Positions 30,236 to 39,120 are shown, counted from the first letter of the stretch. The stretch is 64,000 bases of DNA from Candidatus Latescibacterota bacterium (GCA_963422735.1 OY730476.1:3136001-3200000), one strand, 5' to 3'. A program made the numbers and translations. Notes: generated by a model not told the origin, from the sequence alone.

Positions 30236-32455
30236 GTGAACTACTATGCCCACACCGCCGAAACGGCTACGGGGGAGCGCGATCCGAATAAATCGCATTG
30301 GCAACGGCTGTCCGAACATCTGCAAAACGTGGCGGATAAGGCGCGAGGATTTGCCAGATCGGCTGAGCTCGCCGAAGCGGCCCGATGGGCCGGGCTGCTG
30401 CACGACCTGGGAAAGTATCGGGAGCCATTCCAAGAATATCTGGCAGGCGAGCGCCCGGGGTCGGTTGAAACGCATCATGCGGTGTATGGTGCGGCCTTGG
30501 CTTTCAAGAGAGGATGGGTCGGTCCAGCATTTGCCATTGCCGGGCACCATGCGGGGCTGCATAACCTGAGCGATTTGCAGGCATTGGTTTGCGGCGAAAA
30601 GTACGATGCTGTGAACCGGTCCTCGGCACTGCAAACGCGGTTTGAAGCGGAATTGGGGAAAATTCCCGATCAGTTAGCCGAGCCAGAATTTGCCAAGTGC
30701 GCCAAGGATCCTGCCGCCAGAGAATTCTACGTGCGGATGTTGTTTTCCTGCTTGGTAGATGCGGATTTTCTGGATACGGAACAATTTGTTACGGGTCGGG
30801 TGCGCTACCCCCGAAAACTCGACGCTCCGTTGCTGCTGGAGCGATTGCAAGCACAGCGGAGCAAGTTCGATTCGTCCGGCGAGCTCAACACGTTGCGCCA
30901 CCGCGTGTTTGAAGACTGCTTGGCGATGGCGACGGAACCGGCCGGCTTCTTTTCTTTGACTGTGCCTACCGGCGGCGGCAAGACTCTATCGGGCATGGCC
31001 TTTGCGCTGGAACATGCGCGACAACACGGGATGCGGCGCGTGATTGTGGTGATACCTTACTTGTCAATCATCGAGCAAAACGCCGCCGAATACCGCAAAG
31101 TTCTCGACCCGCAAAACGAAGGCATCGTGATTGAGCACCATTCAGCGGTAAACGCCAAGATTGACGAAGCAGAGCAAGGCCGTGCGCCAGAGGAATTGGC
31201 GGCGGAAAACTGGGACGCGCCGATTATCGTCACCACTTCGGTGCAATTCATCGAATCCCTTTTTGCCAGCCGCACATCCAGATGCCGGAAACTACACAAC
31301 ATCGCAAATTCCGTGGTGTTGCTGGACGAGGTACAGACCCTACCTTCCCACCTGCTCAATCCGCTCCTGCATGTCCTGCGCGATCTCCAGCAACACTATC
31401 GCACGAGTTTCGTTTTCTCCACAGCTACCCAACCGGCCTTTCTCCGCAGCACATCGCTGCCGCATGGCTTTGAGGCGAATGAGGTGAAGGAGATCGCATC
31501 ACAGCTTGGCGAGCTGTTTCAGAAGTTGGGCCGGGTAGTTTACGAGGTGCGAACCACAGAGAGCGACTTCTCGGAATTGGCTGAGGAATGGGCGGGCGAG
31601 CCGCAAGCCTTGGGCGTGGTGAACACGCGCAAACAGGCCGCCGAGTGGTGGGAGTTGCTGCGCGCTCAGGGATTGGAAGGCGTGCTGCATCTTTCCTCAG
31701 CCATGTGCGCGGCACATCGCATGCGTGTGCTGACGGAGGCCAAACGGCGTTTGGAAGACGACCAACCTTGTCGGCTGGTATCCACACAGGTAATAGAAGC
31801 CGGCGTGGACATTGATTTCCCGCTGGTTTACCGCGCCTTGGGACCGCTGGATTCGATCGTACAGGCGGCCGGCCGCTGCAACCGGGAAGGACGCTTGCCG
31901 GGCAAGGGGCGCGTGGTGGTATTCCGACCGCTAGATGCCAAGCTGCCCGGCGGCGTGTATCGCGTGGCCACGGACATTGCCGTGCGGTTGCTGGATCAGT
32001 TGCCCACGGATGACTTGTCTGGCGAGCCGGAACTGTTCAGTCGTTATTTTGGCGAGCTTTTTCAATGCGTACCTACGGATCATCCGCGTCATCGGGAGGG
32101 CTCCATTCAGGAAGATCGGGAGTGTTTGCGTTTCCGCGAAGTAGCCCGCAAGGCCAAGGTGATTTCCGACGACACGCAGGCCGTCATTGCACCCATGCAG
32201 GAAGCCTTAGAAGCAGTGGATTCCATCCGCGAGTGTGCCCAAACAGGCAGCTCGCGTTTTACCCGCGAGGATTTGCGCGATTTCCAACGCTTTATGGTGA
32301 ATTTGCACCAACGCGATTTTCAGCAATTAGACGCCATGGGCCTGCTTCATCCGCTGCTGCCCGGCATGGAACTGAGGGTGCTGGATAAAGCGGCCTATCA
32401 CGACCATCTCGGCGTGATAATTGACCACCGTCCAACCGAGGACTTCTTGCTATGA
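30236..32455 (+). CDS. cas3: CRISPR-associated helicase/endonuclease Cas3
   Basis: YYAH, EHL, LLHDLGK, GHHAGL, LVDADFLDT (HD); PTGGGKT, LDEVQ, STATQP, QAAGRCNREG (SF2); GTG start after GAAAGGG. Confidence 0.96.
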   Translation: MNYYAHTAETATGERDPNKSHWQRLSEHLQNVADKARGFARSAELAEAARWAGLLHDLGKYREPFQEYLAGERPGSVETHHAVYGAALAFKRGWVGPAFAIAGHHAGLHNLSDLQALVCGEKYDAVNRSSALQTRFEAELGKIPDQLAEPEFAKCAKDPAAREFYVRMLFSCLVDADFLDTEQFVTGRVRYPRKLDAPLLLERLQAQRSKFDSSGELNTLRHRVFEDCLAMATEPAGFFSLTVPTGGGKTLSGMAFALEHARQHGMRRVIVVIPYLSIIEQNAAEYRKVLDPQNEGIVIEHHSAVNAKIDEAEQGRAPEELAAENWDAPIIVTTSVQFIESLFASRTSRCRKLHNIANSVVLLDEVQTLPSHLLNPLLHVLRDLQQHYRTSFVFSTATQPAFLRSTSLPHGFEANEVKEIASQLGELFQKLGRVVYEVRTTESDFSELAEEWAGEPQALGVVNTRKQAAEWWELLRAQGLEGVLHLSSAMCAAHRMRVLTEAKRRLEDDQPCRLVSTQVIEAGVDIDFPLVYRALGPLDSIVQAAGRCNREGRLPGKGRVVVFRPLDAKLPGGVYRVATDIAVRLLDQLPTDDLSGEPELFSRYFGELFQCVPTDHPRHREGSIQEDRECLRFREVARKAKVISDDTQAVIAPMQEALEAVDSIRECAQTGSSRFTREDLRDFQRFMVNLHQRDFQQLDAMGLLHPLLPGMELRVLDKAAYHDHLGVIIDHRPTEDFLL

Positions 32456-33240
32456 AAGACAACCACATACACCTGAGAGTCTGGGGCGACTGGGCCTGTT
32501 TTACCCGCCCCGAAATGAAGGTGGAGCGCGTCAGCTATCCGATCATGACGCCCTCTGCGGCCCGCGGCATTCTCGAAGCCGTCTTCTGGGAACCGCAGGT
32601 CTCCTATCGCATTGCGGCCATCCGGGTGGTGCAGCGCGGGCGCTGGGCCTCGATTCGGCGTAATGAAGTGCAATCGGTCATCAGCCTGCGCAATGTCGGC
32701 CAATGGATGGCACAGCCGGAGAAAGTCTCGCCCATTGAGGCCGGGGGCGGCGCGCCCGACGGCACCCAGCGCAACATGCTGGCACTGCAAGAAGTGGAAT
32801 ACATCATCAGTGCCGAGTTGCGCACCACGAGATTGGCCGATCGCCCGACCGACACACCGGTGAAGTATTTCGCTGAATTCAAGCGCCGCGCCGAGCAGGG
32901 AAAGTGCTTCCATCGGCCCGCCTTGGGTATGCGTGAATTCGCGGCGGATTTCGAGTGGGTGGACGATCCCCAAACCGCCCTGGAGCAGCGCGCCGCTGAG
33001 CTGGGCACTCATTGGCGGCAACCCGAGGAGGATTTGGGCTTGATGCTCTACGATGTCTTTTCGCCTACCGACCGCGCCCAAGGCTTTCGCTGGAAACGCC
33101 CCGATGAACTGGGAGCCAAGCCCAAGAAAAACACCCCACGTTTTGTCGGGGAAAAGGTCAACCCGAGGGCGTGTTTTTTCCGCGCAAAGCTCGAGGTCTC
33201 CCCTTGCTTCGGTAAGGGGAGCGGATTGAAACTGTGTTGA
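32452..33240 (+). CDS. cas5: Type I-C Cas5 (Cas5c/Cas5d), C-terminus replaced by CRISPR repeat/spacer sequence
   Basis: GDWACFTRPEMKVERVSYPIMTPSAARGILEA, IRRNEV, CFHRPALGMREF, DLGLMLYD, FFRAKLE; frame reads through repeat 1 and stops in spacer 1. Confidence 0.92.
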   Translation: MKDNHIHLRVWGDWACFTRPEMKVERVSYPIMTPSAARGILEAVFWEPQVSYRIAAIRVVQRGRWASIRRNEVQSVISLRNVGQWMAQPEKVSPIEAGGGAPDGTQRNMLALQEVEYIISAELRTTRLADRPTDTPVKYFAEFKRRAEQGKCFHRPALGMREFAADFEWVDDPQTALEQRAAELGTHWRQPEEDLGLMLYDVFSPTDRAQGFRWKRPDELGAKPKKNTPRFVGEKVNPRACFFRAKLEVSPCFGKGSGLKLC

Positions 33241-33447
33241 CACCAATCTCTCGAAGGTGCTCCCGCGTCTCCCCTTGCTTCGGTAAGGGGAGCGGATTGA
33301 AACTCTCCGCGCCCGGCCCGACCTAGCCGACCTCGTGAGTCTCCCCTTGCTTCGGTAAGGGGAGCGGATTGAAACGACTAACACGTCCAGCTCCTGCCAC
33401 ATGCAGATCAGTCTCCCCTTGCTTCGGTAAGGGGAGCGGATTGAAAC
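33196..33447 (+). CRISPR. Type I-C CRISPR mini-array: 4 identical 37-bp repeats, 3 spacers (34, 35, 35 bp)
   Basis: Repeat GTCTCCCCTTGCTTCGGTAAGGGGAGCGGATTGAAAC at 33196, 33267, 33339, 33411; 10-bp stem with TTCG loop followed by an 11-nt tail ending ATTGAAAC. Confidence 0.97.
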
Positions 33448-33457
33448 GATTAAAACA

Positions 33458-34753
33458 ATGAGCGTAGAACACCACACTGTTATCATCGTCGGCGGAGGAC
33501 CGGCGGGCCTGCCGTTGGCTGTGGTCTTGGGCGGCTGGCATCCTTTCTTCCGCAACAGCCGCATGTTCGCCGCGCGCTACGCGCCCCTAGCCGGGTACTT
33601 GCAACAGTTCGACCGCACACTGTTGGGGCTGGATATGCGCCATCTCGTGCAGAGCGGCATCAAGCCCGTTGATCTGTTCCGCACCTTGCATCACCCGCGC
33701 CAGCTCTTTGAGGAACTGGACCAAGTCGCCATGGACTTTCGGCGCGGCGAGCCGCTGGACGCGCTGCTCATCAGCCGCGAGCCTGTCGGCGGGTTGTGGA
33801 ACCGAGCACCGCAAAACCTGCTAACCTTGTCGCCGGGTCAGTGGATGGAGTTTGCCTTTTATCCGCTGGTGCAGCACGTCGCAGAAATCGGGTGCGCCTT
33901 AGACGTCAATGCCCTGATCCTCAAGACCGATCTGATCGAGTACTATCACCGCGTACCCGAGCGCTTTGGGGTGGCAGAGCGCATTCGCACCTTGGAGGAG
34001 GTCGAGCGAATTGAGCCACACGAAAGGGGCTTTCAGCTCACTAGTCGGCACGTGCAAACAGGCCTTGAACAACACTATACCTGTAAGTACTTGGTCCTCG
34101 CAACCGGCCAGCGCGGCCGGTTGCGCTCCCTCGGGGTGGAGGGCGAGGACAGGACTTTTGTCACCGCTCGCTACGACAAGCCCGCAGACTTCCCCGGCGA
34201 GCGGGTGCTCGTCGTCGGCGGCGGGCGCTCGGGCGATTGGGCAGCAACCGAATTGCACGACGCCGACAAGCAGGTGTACTACGCCATGCGCCAAGGGCCA
34301 GCGGTTCATTGGCGGCTGATTGACGACAGCCGGCACGGCCTACCCTATTACCATCGCATCGCCGAAATCCTCAAAAGCCGCTCGCCCCGGCTCAAAACCT
34401 TGTACCACACCCATGTGACGCAGATTGCAGAGGGCGGACGGGTCGGGCTGAAAAGGCCCGAAGGAAGCCAAGTGGTGGAGGTCGATCATGTAATCAAGGA
34501 AATCGGCGGCACGGCCGACTATTCGATCTTGCAGGGCTTTGCGCCGCTGACCCTGACGCCCATGCGCGACAACTACCGATTCCAAGTCGATCAAGTACAG
34601 ACCCACGCGCACAACTACGAGTCGATTGACATACCCAACTTGTACGTCGGCGGCCATCTCGCGGCCGGGATCGGACTAGTCGTCATCGCCATGCACGGTA
34701 CTACCTACGCGATCGCCGGGGATATTCTCCAAAAAGAGGGACGGCTCTTGTAA
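33458..34753 (+). CDS. NAD(P)/FAD-dependent oxidoreductase, OSGIN-like
   Basis: Two Rossmann motifs (VGGGPAG, VGGGRSG), GGLW, LVLATG, IPNLYVGG. Confidence 0.85.
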   Translation: MSVEHHTVIIVGGGPAGLPLAVVLGGWHPFFRNSRMFAARYAPLAGYLQQFDRTLLGLDMRHLVQSGIKPVDLFRTLHHPRQLFEELDQVAMDFRRGEPLDALLISREPVGGLWNRAPQNLLTLSPGQWMEFAFYPLVQHVAEIGCALDVNALILKTDLIEYYHRVPERFGVAERIRTLEEVERIEPHERGFQLTSRHVQTGLEQHYTCKYLVLATGQRGRLRSLGVEGEDRTFVTARYDKPADFPGERVLVVGGGRSGDWAATELHDADKQVYYAMRQGPAVHWRLIDDSRHGLPYYHRIAEILKSRSPRLKTLYHTHVTQIAEGGRVGLKRPEGSQVVEVDHVIKEIGGTADYSILQGFAPLTLTPMRDNYRFQVDQVQTHAHNYESIDIPNLYVGGHLAAGIGLVVIAMHGTTYAIAGDILQKEGRLL

Positions 34754-34775
34754 CTTTTCCCCGCCGCCATCGTTA
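34749..34775 (+). promoter_or_regulatory. ECF sigma-dependent (autoregulatory) promoter
   Basis: TGTAAC-N16-CGTTA, matching the AAC/CGT ECF consensus, 30 bp upstream of the ECF gene. Confidence 0.7.
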
Positions 34776-34805
34776 GTATAGGCGAAGGACGATGGAAAAA
34801 CCGCT

Positions 34806-35282
34806 ATGGAACGTTTCCGCCGGCTCTGCCAAGAGCACCGGGACCGCATCTACACATTCGCCTTCTACTATACAGGCAACCGCGAGGACGCCGAGGATAT
34901 TACCCAAGAGGTTCTGTTCCGCCTGTGGCACCACGGCCTCCACATTGACGACGAAGGTGTGGCGGCTTGGTTGACCCGGGTGGTGTGCAATGCCTGTTTG
35001 GATGCCCTGCGCCAGCGGCGTCGCTATCGCTCGGTGGTCAGCGCCCAAGACCCCGAGCCGGTCCTACAGCGCACTCCGGCTGCGGGCGATGTGGATCTGC
35101 GTAGGCAGCTGGAGGTGGCCCTTACCCGGCTGGAAAACCCCCTGCGGGAAATCGTCATCTTGCGAGAAATCGAGGGCCTCTCCTACCGAGAGATCAGCCA
35201 GCGCTTGGAGTTGCCCCTCAATACAGTCAAAGTATATCTCTATCGCGGCCGGAGACGCCTCCGCGCCCTTTTGCAGGAATAG
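34806..35282 (+). CDS. ECF sigma-70 factor
   Basis: DAEDITQEVLFRLW, AWLTRVVCNACLD, EGLSYREI, NTVKVYLYRGR. Confidence 0.93.
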   Translation: MERFRRLCQEHRDRIYTFAFYYTGNREDAEDITQEVLFRLWHHGLHIDDEGVAAWLTRVVCNACLDALRQRRRYRSVVSAQDPEPVLQRTPAAGDVDLRRQLEVALTRLENPLREIVILREIEGLSYREISQRLELPLNTVKVYLYRGRRRLRALLQE

Positions 35283-35285
35283 ACC

Positions 35286-35795
35286 ATGCCTTCAACCTCC
35301 TCTTGCTCCTGGACCCAAGAGCGAATCGAAGCCTATACCGATGGCGAGTTGATGCCTGTTGAACAGGGCCGACTCGAAACCCATGCAGCGACTTGTGCGG
35401 CCTGTGCCGCCGAGTTGGAAGACGCCCGCAGCCTGGTCAAAGCCCTGCGTACCCTGCCTCCGATCACCTGTCCCGACGCGGTCTCTCAAGCTCTCCAAGA
35501 CCGCATCCACCAGACGCGGCGCACCGCCACCAAGAGGTGGCATGCACCCCTTGCAGCAGCAGCCGTTCTGGCCTTGATCGCCGGTCATCTCCTATTCGAC
35601 CCAGAGCCTGTTCCGCCCGCCTTTAGCCCCAAGGAAATAGCTCAAGCTTGCCGCCAAGTAGAGTGGACCCTGGTCTATCTGAATGACCTGAACAGCCGCA
35701 TGGGCATCGCGATACGCGACGACGTGATCCAGCCGCGTCTAGTCCAGCCACTGCGTCTCAACCTAGACACTATCCTGCCCGTCCAAACCATGTGA
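35286..35795 (+). CDS. zf-HC2 anti-sigma factor
   Basis: YTDGEL, HAATCAAC (HxxxCxxC), single TM segment. Confidence 0.88.
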   Translation: MPSTSSCSWTQERIEAYTDGELMPVEQGRLETHAATCAACAAELEDARSLVKALRTLPPITCPDAVSQALQDRIHQTRRTATKRWHAPLAAAAVLALIAGHLLFDPEPVPPAFSPKEIAQACRQVEWTLVYLNDLNSRMGIAIRDDVIQPRLVQPLRLNLDTILPVQTM

Positions 35796-35806
35796 GGAGT
35801 TTTGCC

Positions 35807-36373
35807 ATGCTCTTTTTTCAAGCCCTGCTTCTCTTTGCCGCCGTCATCGGCCCCACTAGCGCCTCGGCCTCCCCACCGCTAAAAGAGCAACCCGGGTACA
35901 TTGAATTTTCCTCCTTGGGCTTATTCGATGGCCCCGAGCCGGAAGCCAACATCGAGATCTACCTGAAAGAACCGCTCCTCGACTTGGTGGCTGCGGCCAC
36001 CCGCTTTGAAGACCAAGAACTAGCCGACATGCTGGAGGCCCTGTACCTCATCCGCGTCCAAGTTTACAAAGACTTGGACGCGTCGTACGAGCACATCGCC
36101 GCATGGCTCAATGATCTCACCTTGCCCGACTGGGAGCGGGTGGTGCAGGTGCGCGAACCCGACGAACGGATGCAGTTCTATGTGCGCGCCGCGGACGAGG
36201 TCATCGTCGGGCTTTTGGTATTGGTTGGCAGTCCTGGCGAGTTTGTCTACATCAATATCGTCGGCCCCCTCGACCTAGCCCAAGTGGGGCGCATTGGTCA
36301 CAAGTTCGACATAGCGCCTTTGGACAGCATTGACTTTGGGGCGGCTACCCCTAAAGTGCCGCAGAAAGACTAG
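35807..36373 (+). CDS. DUF4252 domain exported protein
   Basis: Signal peptide, PGYIEF, WERVVQVRE, GLLVL, YINIVGPLDL; typical ECF-operon position. Confidence 0.7.
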   Translation: MLFFQALLLFAAVIGPTSASASPPLKEQPGYIEFSSLGLFDGPEPEANIEIYLKEPLLDLVAAATRFEDQELADMLEALYLIRVQVYKDLDASYEHIAAWLNDLTLPDWERVVQVREPDERMQFYVRAADEVIVGLLVLVGSPGEFVYINIVGPLDLAQVGRIGHKFDIAPLDSIDFGAATPKVPQKD

Positions 36374-36375
36374 CT

Positions 36376-37944
36376 ATGACCAAATGGACCTTGTATGCGA
36401 TCATTGCGCTGAGTCTGACCGGTTGTTTCCGCGCTGCGGACTTGGGCCGACTGCGCCGAGAAATAGAGCGGGAACTACCCGCGGTCCAATACGAGCGGCA
36501 AATTGAAATGAGTTTTGGCCCTATGAGCGTGGGTTTTGCTCGTTTGGTCACCTTTTTCGTGCCTCCTAGCTGGAGAGTGCGCGGTATGCTGAGCGAAATC
36601 CACGCGGTCAAAGTGGGCGTGTACACGGCCCACCGCACTCCTTTCCAGCAGGGTTGGGGGATGCCGTCCCGGATCCAAGAATTGCTGGCGCACAAAAATT
36701 GGGAAGTGGCCCTAAAAGTACGCCAAGATGGGGAAGTGGCTTGGCTGCTCTACCGAATCCGCGGTCAGACCGTAGATCAAATGCACCTCATCGTCCTCAG
36801 CGGCGCGGACCTAATCCTAGTGCGTTTCGAGGGTCGCTTGGAGCGCTTGCTCGCCCAGGCTCTGCAATATCCCCGCGACCTAGAGACCAGCCGTTTCGCT
36901 GGCTGGCAGGGCCAGTGGGACCGAGGCCACAGGGAGTTTCTCGAACGGCAGCGAGAGGGCTTGGTCGCCCAGTACAACAAAGTGGACGGCCTCTATCTGG
37001 GCTGGCGTCCCCGGATTCCTTTCAACGACCTTTCCCGCTTAGTCCAATACGGCGAGTTGGGTCGCGGTTTGGGCAGCGACTTGTGGCATTACCAGTTGGG
37101 AGCCGAGTGGCTGGTGGTGGGGCGGAACTCGCGCTTGGGGGCCGAGTTGCACGATCTGACCGATACCGAGGATCACTGGCTATTGTCGGCTGAGGAAAAT
37201 TCGCTGGATGCGCTGCTATTCCGGCGCGATTTCCGCGATTACTATCGCCGCACGGGTTTCAGCGTATATGCGATGCAGAGATTGGGCACCGGCCTGCGAT
37301 TGGCCGCCCGCTATACCCAAGACGATTTCTCTTCCCTAGAAAACAGCGTCCAGTGGGCCTTGTTGGGCCGCTTGGGCCCGGACCGCTTCCGCCCCAATCC
37401 AGCTATTGACGAGGAGCGCTACAAAAGCCTGCGGGCCGAACTGCGCTGGGACAGCCGCGACAGCCGCCACAGCCCCCGGCGCGGCTGGTTTGTCAATGGC
37501 TTGGGCGAGCGGGCCGGAGGAGCTTGGGGTGGGGACCGAGACTTTGCGCGCTATATCCTCGATGTGCGGCACTACCAGCCCGTGAGCCAAGGCAGCCGCC
37601 TCGATTTGCGCCTGCGTCTGGGACGGGCCACTGGATCAGTACCGCGGCAATATCACTTTGACTTGGGCGGTTTTTCTTCCTTGCGCGGCTATGGTTTCAA
37701 GGAGTTCAGCGGCGATAGAATGGTGCTGTTCAACGCCGAGCACTGGCTGCAAGGGGGTCGGGTACATGTGGGATTTTTCGCCGATGCTGGTTCGGCTTGG
37801 CTGGCGGACGAGGCCGACTTCGATCTGCAAGCTAGCGGCGGCCTAGGGCTGCAGATGGATGATTCCCGTCTCTACATTGCCCGCCCTGTCTCCAACCAGA
37901 CGCGCAACCTCAATTTGTCTCTGCGCTTCAGCCGGGCGTTTTGA
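36376..37944 (+). CDS. Lipoprotein with DUF4252-like N-terminus fused to a BamA/TamA (Omp85)-type beta-barrel
   Basis: Lipobox LTGC, WEVALKVRQ..LILVRFEG; then YNKVDGLYLG, DSRDSRHSPRRG, LGGFSSLRGY, FADAG, C-terminal Phe. Confidence 0.7.
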   Translation: MTKWTLYAIIALSLTGCFRAADLGRLRREIERELPAVQYERQIEMSFGPMSVGFARLVTFFVPPSWRVRGMLSEIHAVKVGVYTAHRTPFQQGWGMPSRIQELLAHKNWEVALKVRQDGEVAWLLYRIRGQTVDQMHLIVLSGADLILVRFEGRLERLLAQALQYPRDLETSRFAGWQGQWDRGHREFLERQREGLVAQYNKVDGLYLGWRPRIPFNDLSRLVQYGELGRGLGSDLWHYQLGAEWLVVGRNSRLGAELHDLTDTEDHWLLSAEENSLDALLFRRDFRDYYRRTGFSVYAMQRLGTGLRLAARYTQDDFSSLENSVQWALLGRLGPDRFRPNPAIDEERYKSLRAELRWDSRDSRHSPRRGWFVNGLGERAGGAWGGDRDFARYILDVRHYQPVSQGSRLDLRLRLGRATGSVPRQYHFDLGGFSSLRGYGFKEFSGDRMVLFNAEHWLQGGRVHVGFFADAGSAWLADEADFDLQASGGLGLQMDDSRLYIARPVSNQTRNLNLSLRFSRAF

Positions 37945-37956
37945 AATCGGGCAGTA

Positions 37957-39069
37957 TCATCGGTTTCCCAAGGGCACCCACTCTCTGCCTTCGCACCCGA
38001 CGTACTCCGACTGCGGTCGAAAGATTCGCTCCACTGCTTCCTGCTCCCGGCAGTGCGCGATCCAGCCAGCCATGCGAGTTATGGCGAAGGTGCAGCTAAA
38101 TAACTCGGACGGGACGCCGAGTTCGTGGAGCAAAACCGCCGTATAGAACTCGGCGTTGGCGAACAAGCGCCGACCCGGCTTGTATTCCTCCAATAGCCGC
38201 ACCGCCTCTGATTCTACGAGTCTGGCCAAGTCGAGCAGGCTCGCGTCCCCTTGGGCCTCGCATAGCTTCTCAGCGGCTCGTGCGAGGATAGCCGCTCGCG
38301 GATCCCGCATCTTGTACTCGCGGTGCCCAAAGCCCATCAGGCGTTCACCGCGTTTGAGGACGTTTCTAATGAAAGGCTCGGCTCGGTTGGGAACGCCCAT
38401 TTGCTGTAGCATGGCCAAGGCCGGCTCCGGTGCGCCGCCGTGCAGCGGACCTTTTAAGGCTCCGAGCGCACCGACGATGGCCGACTTCCGATCCGAGCGC
38501 GTCGAAGTGATGACGCGCGCCGTGAAGGTTGACGCATTCATGCCGTGATCGATCATCGCGTTGAAGTAGGTGTCTAAGGCGCGGGTCATGGCCGCGGTCG
38601 GCCGGCGGCCTGAAAGCATGTAGAGGAGGCTCTCCGCAAGGCGAAGCCCCGGAGCCGGCCGAATCACAGGTTTTTGAGCCATCAGCCGCCACGTAGCAGC
38701 GACGATGACAGGGGTAGCACCCACAAGCGCGACATCCGACTCAGTGTCCTCGAGGCGGAGCGAATCGAGGGCCAGCCGCAGTACGTCTATTGGCATCTGC
38801 CCAGCTCTGACGGCGGCCTCGATGAGGGATTGGGTGTACCCGGGCAAAGACCAACTCGACAGTCGAGCGCGGAATGTCTCAAGCTGATCGCAGTTTGGAA
38901 GCTGGCCTTGCCACAGCAGGTAGGCCGTTTCCTCGAAGTGCGCGTTGGGGGCAAGTTCTTCGAGAGAGAATCCCGCCAGCCACAGTCTGCCTTTCTCTCC
39001 GTCGATCCCACTCAACCGCGTGCGGGCGGCGACTATGCCCTCCAGCCCTTCTTTGATCTCATTGGTCAT
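37957..39069 (-). CDS. Citrate synthase/methylcitrate synthase family protein
   Basis: GLEGIVAA, DHGMNASTFTARV, GPLHGGA, MGFGHREYK..DPRA, NAEFY. Confidence 0.9.
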   Translation of the reverse strand: MTNEIKEGLEGIVAARTRLSGIDGEKGRLWLAGFSLEELAPNAHFEETAYLLWQGQLPNCDQLETFRARLSSWSLPGYTQSLIEAAVRAGQMPIDVLRLALDSLRLEDTESDVALVGATPVIVAATWRLMAQKPVIRPAPGLRLAESLLYMLSGRRPTAAMTRALDTYFNAMIDHGMNASTFTARVITSTRSDRKSAIVGALGALKGPLHGGAPEPALAMLQQMGVPNRAEPFIRNVLKRGERLMGFGHREYKMRDPRAAILARAAEKLCEAQGDASLLDLARLVESEAVRLLEEYKPGRRLFANAEFYTAVLLHELGVPSELFSCTFAITRMAGWIAHCREQEAVERIFRPQSEYVGCEGREWVPLGNR

Positions 39070-39120
39070 GTCCCAGGCTCCGTTGGATTGGTTGATTGAT
39101 AAGTACAACACGATCATTTA

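Noticed and set aside
33233-33410. Self-targeting by the three CRISPR spacers; spacer 1 can be read as CVDTNLSKVLP, a PIN-like VDTN motif
   Set aside because: No extended nucleotide match to any spacer was found by eye in the window, including the vapC remnant; a 4-residue motif is expected by chance. A BLASTn against the genome and viral databases is needed.
32398-33564. 388-aa minus-strand ORF containing repeated VSIRSPYRSKGR
   Set aside because: It is the antisense translation of the CRISPR repeats and cas5, not a gene
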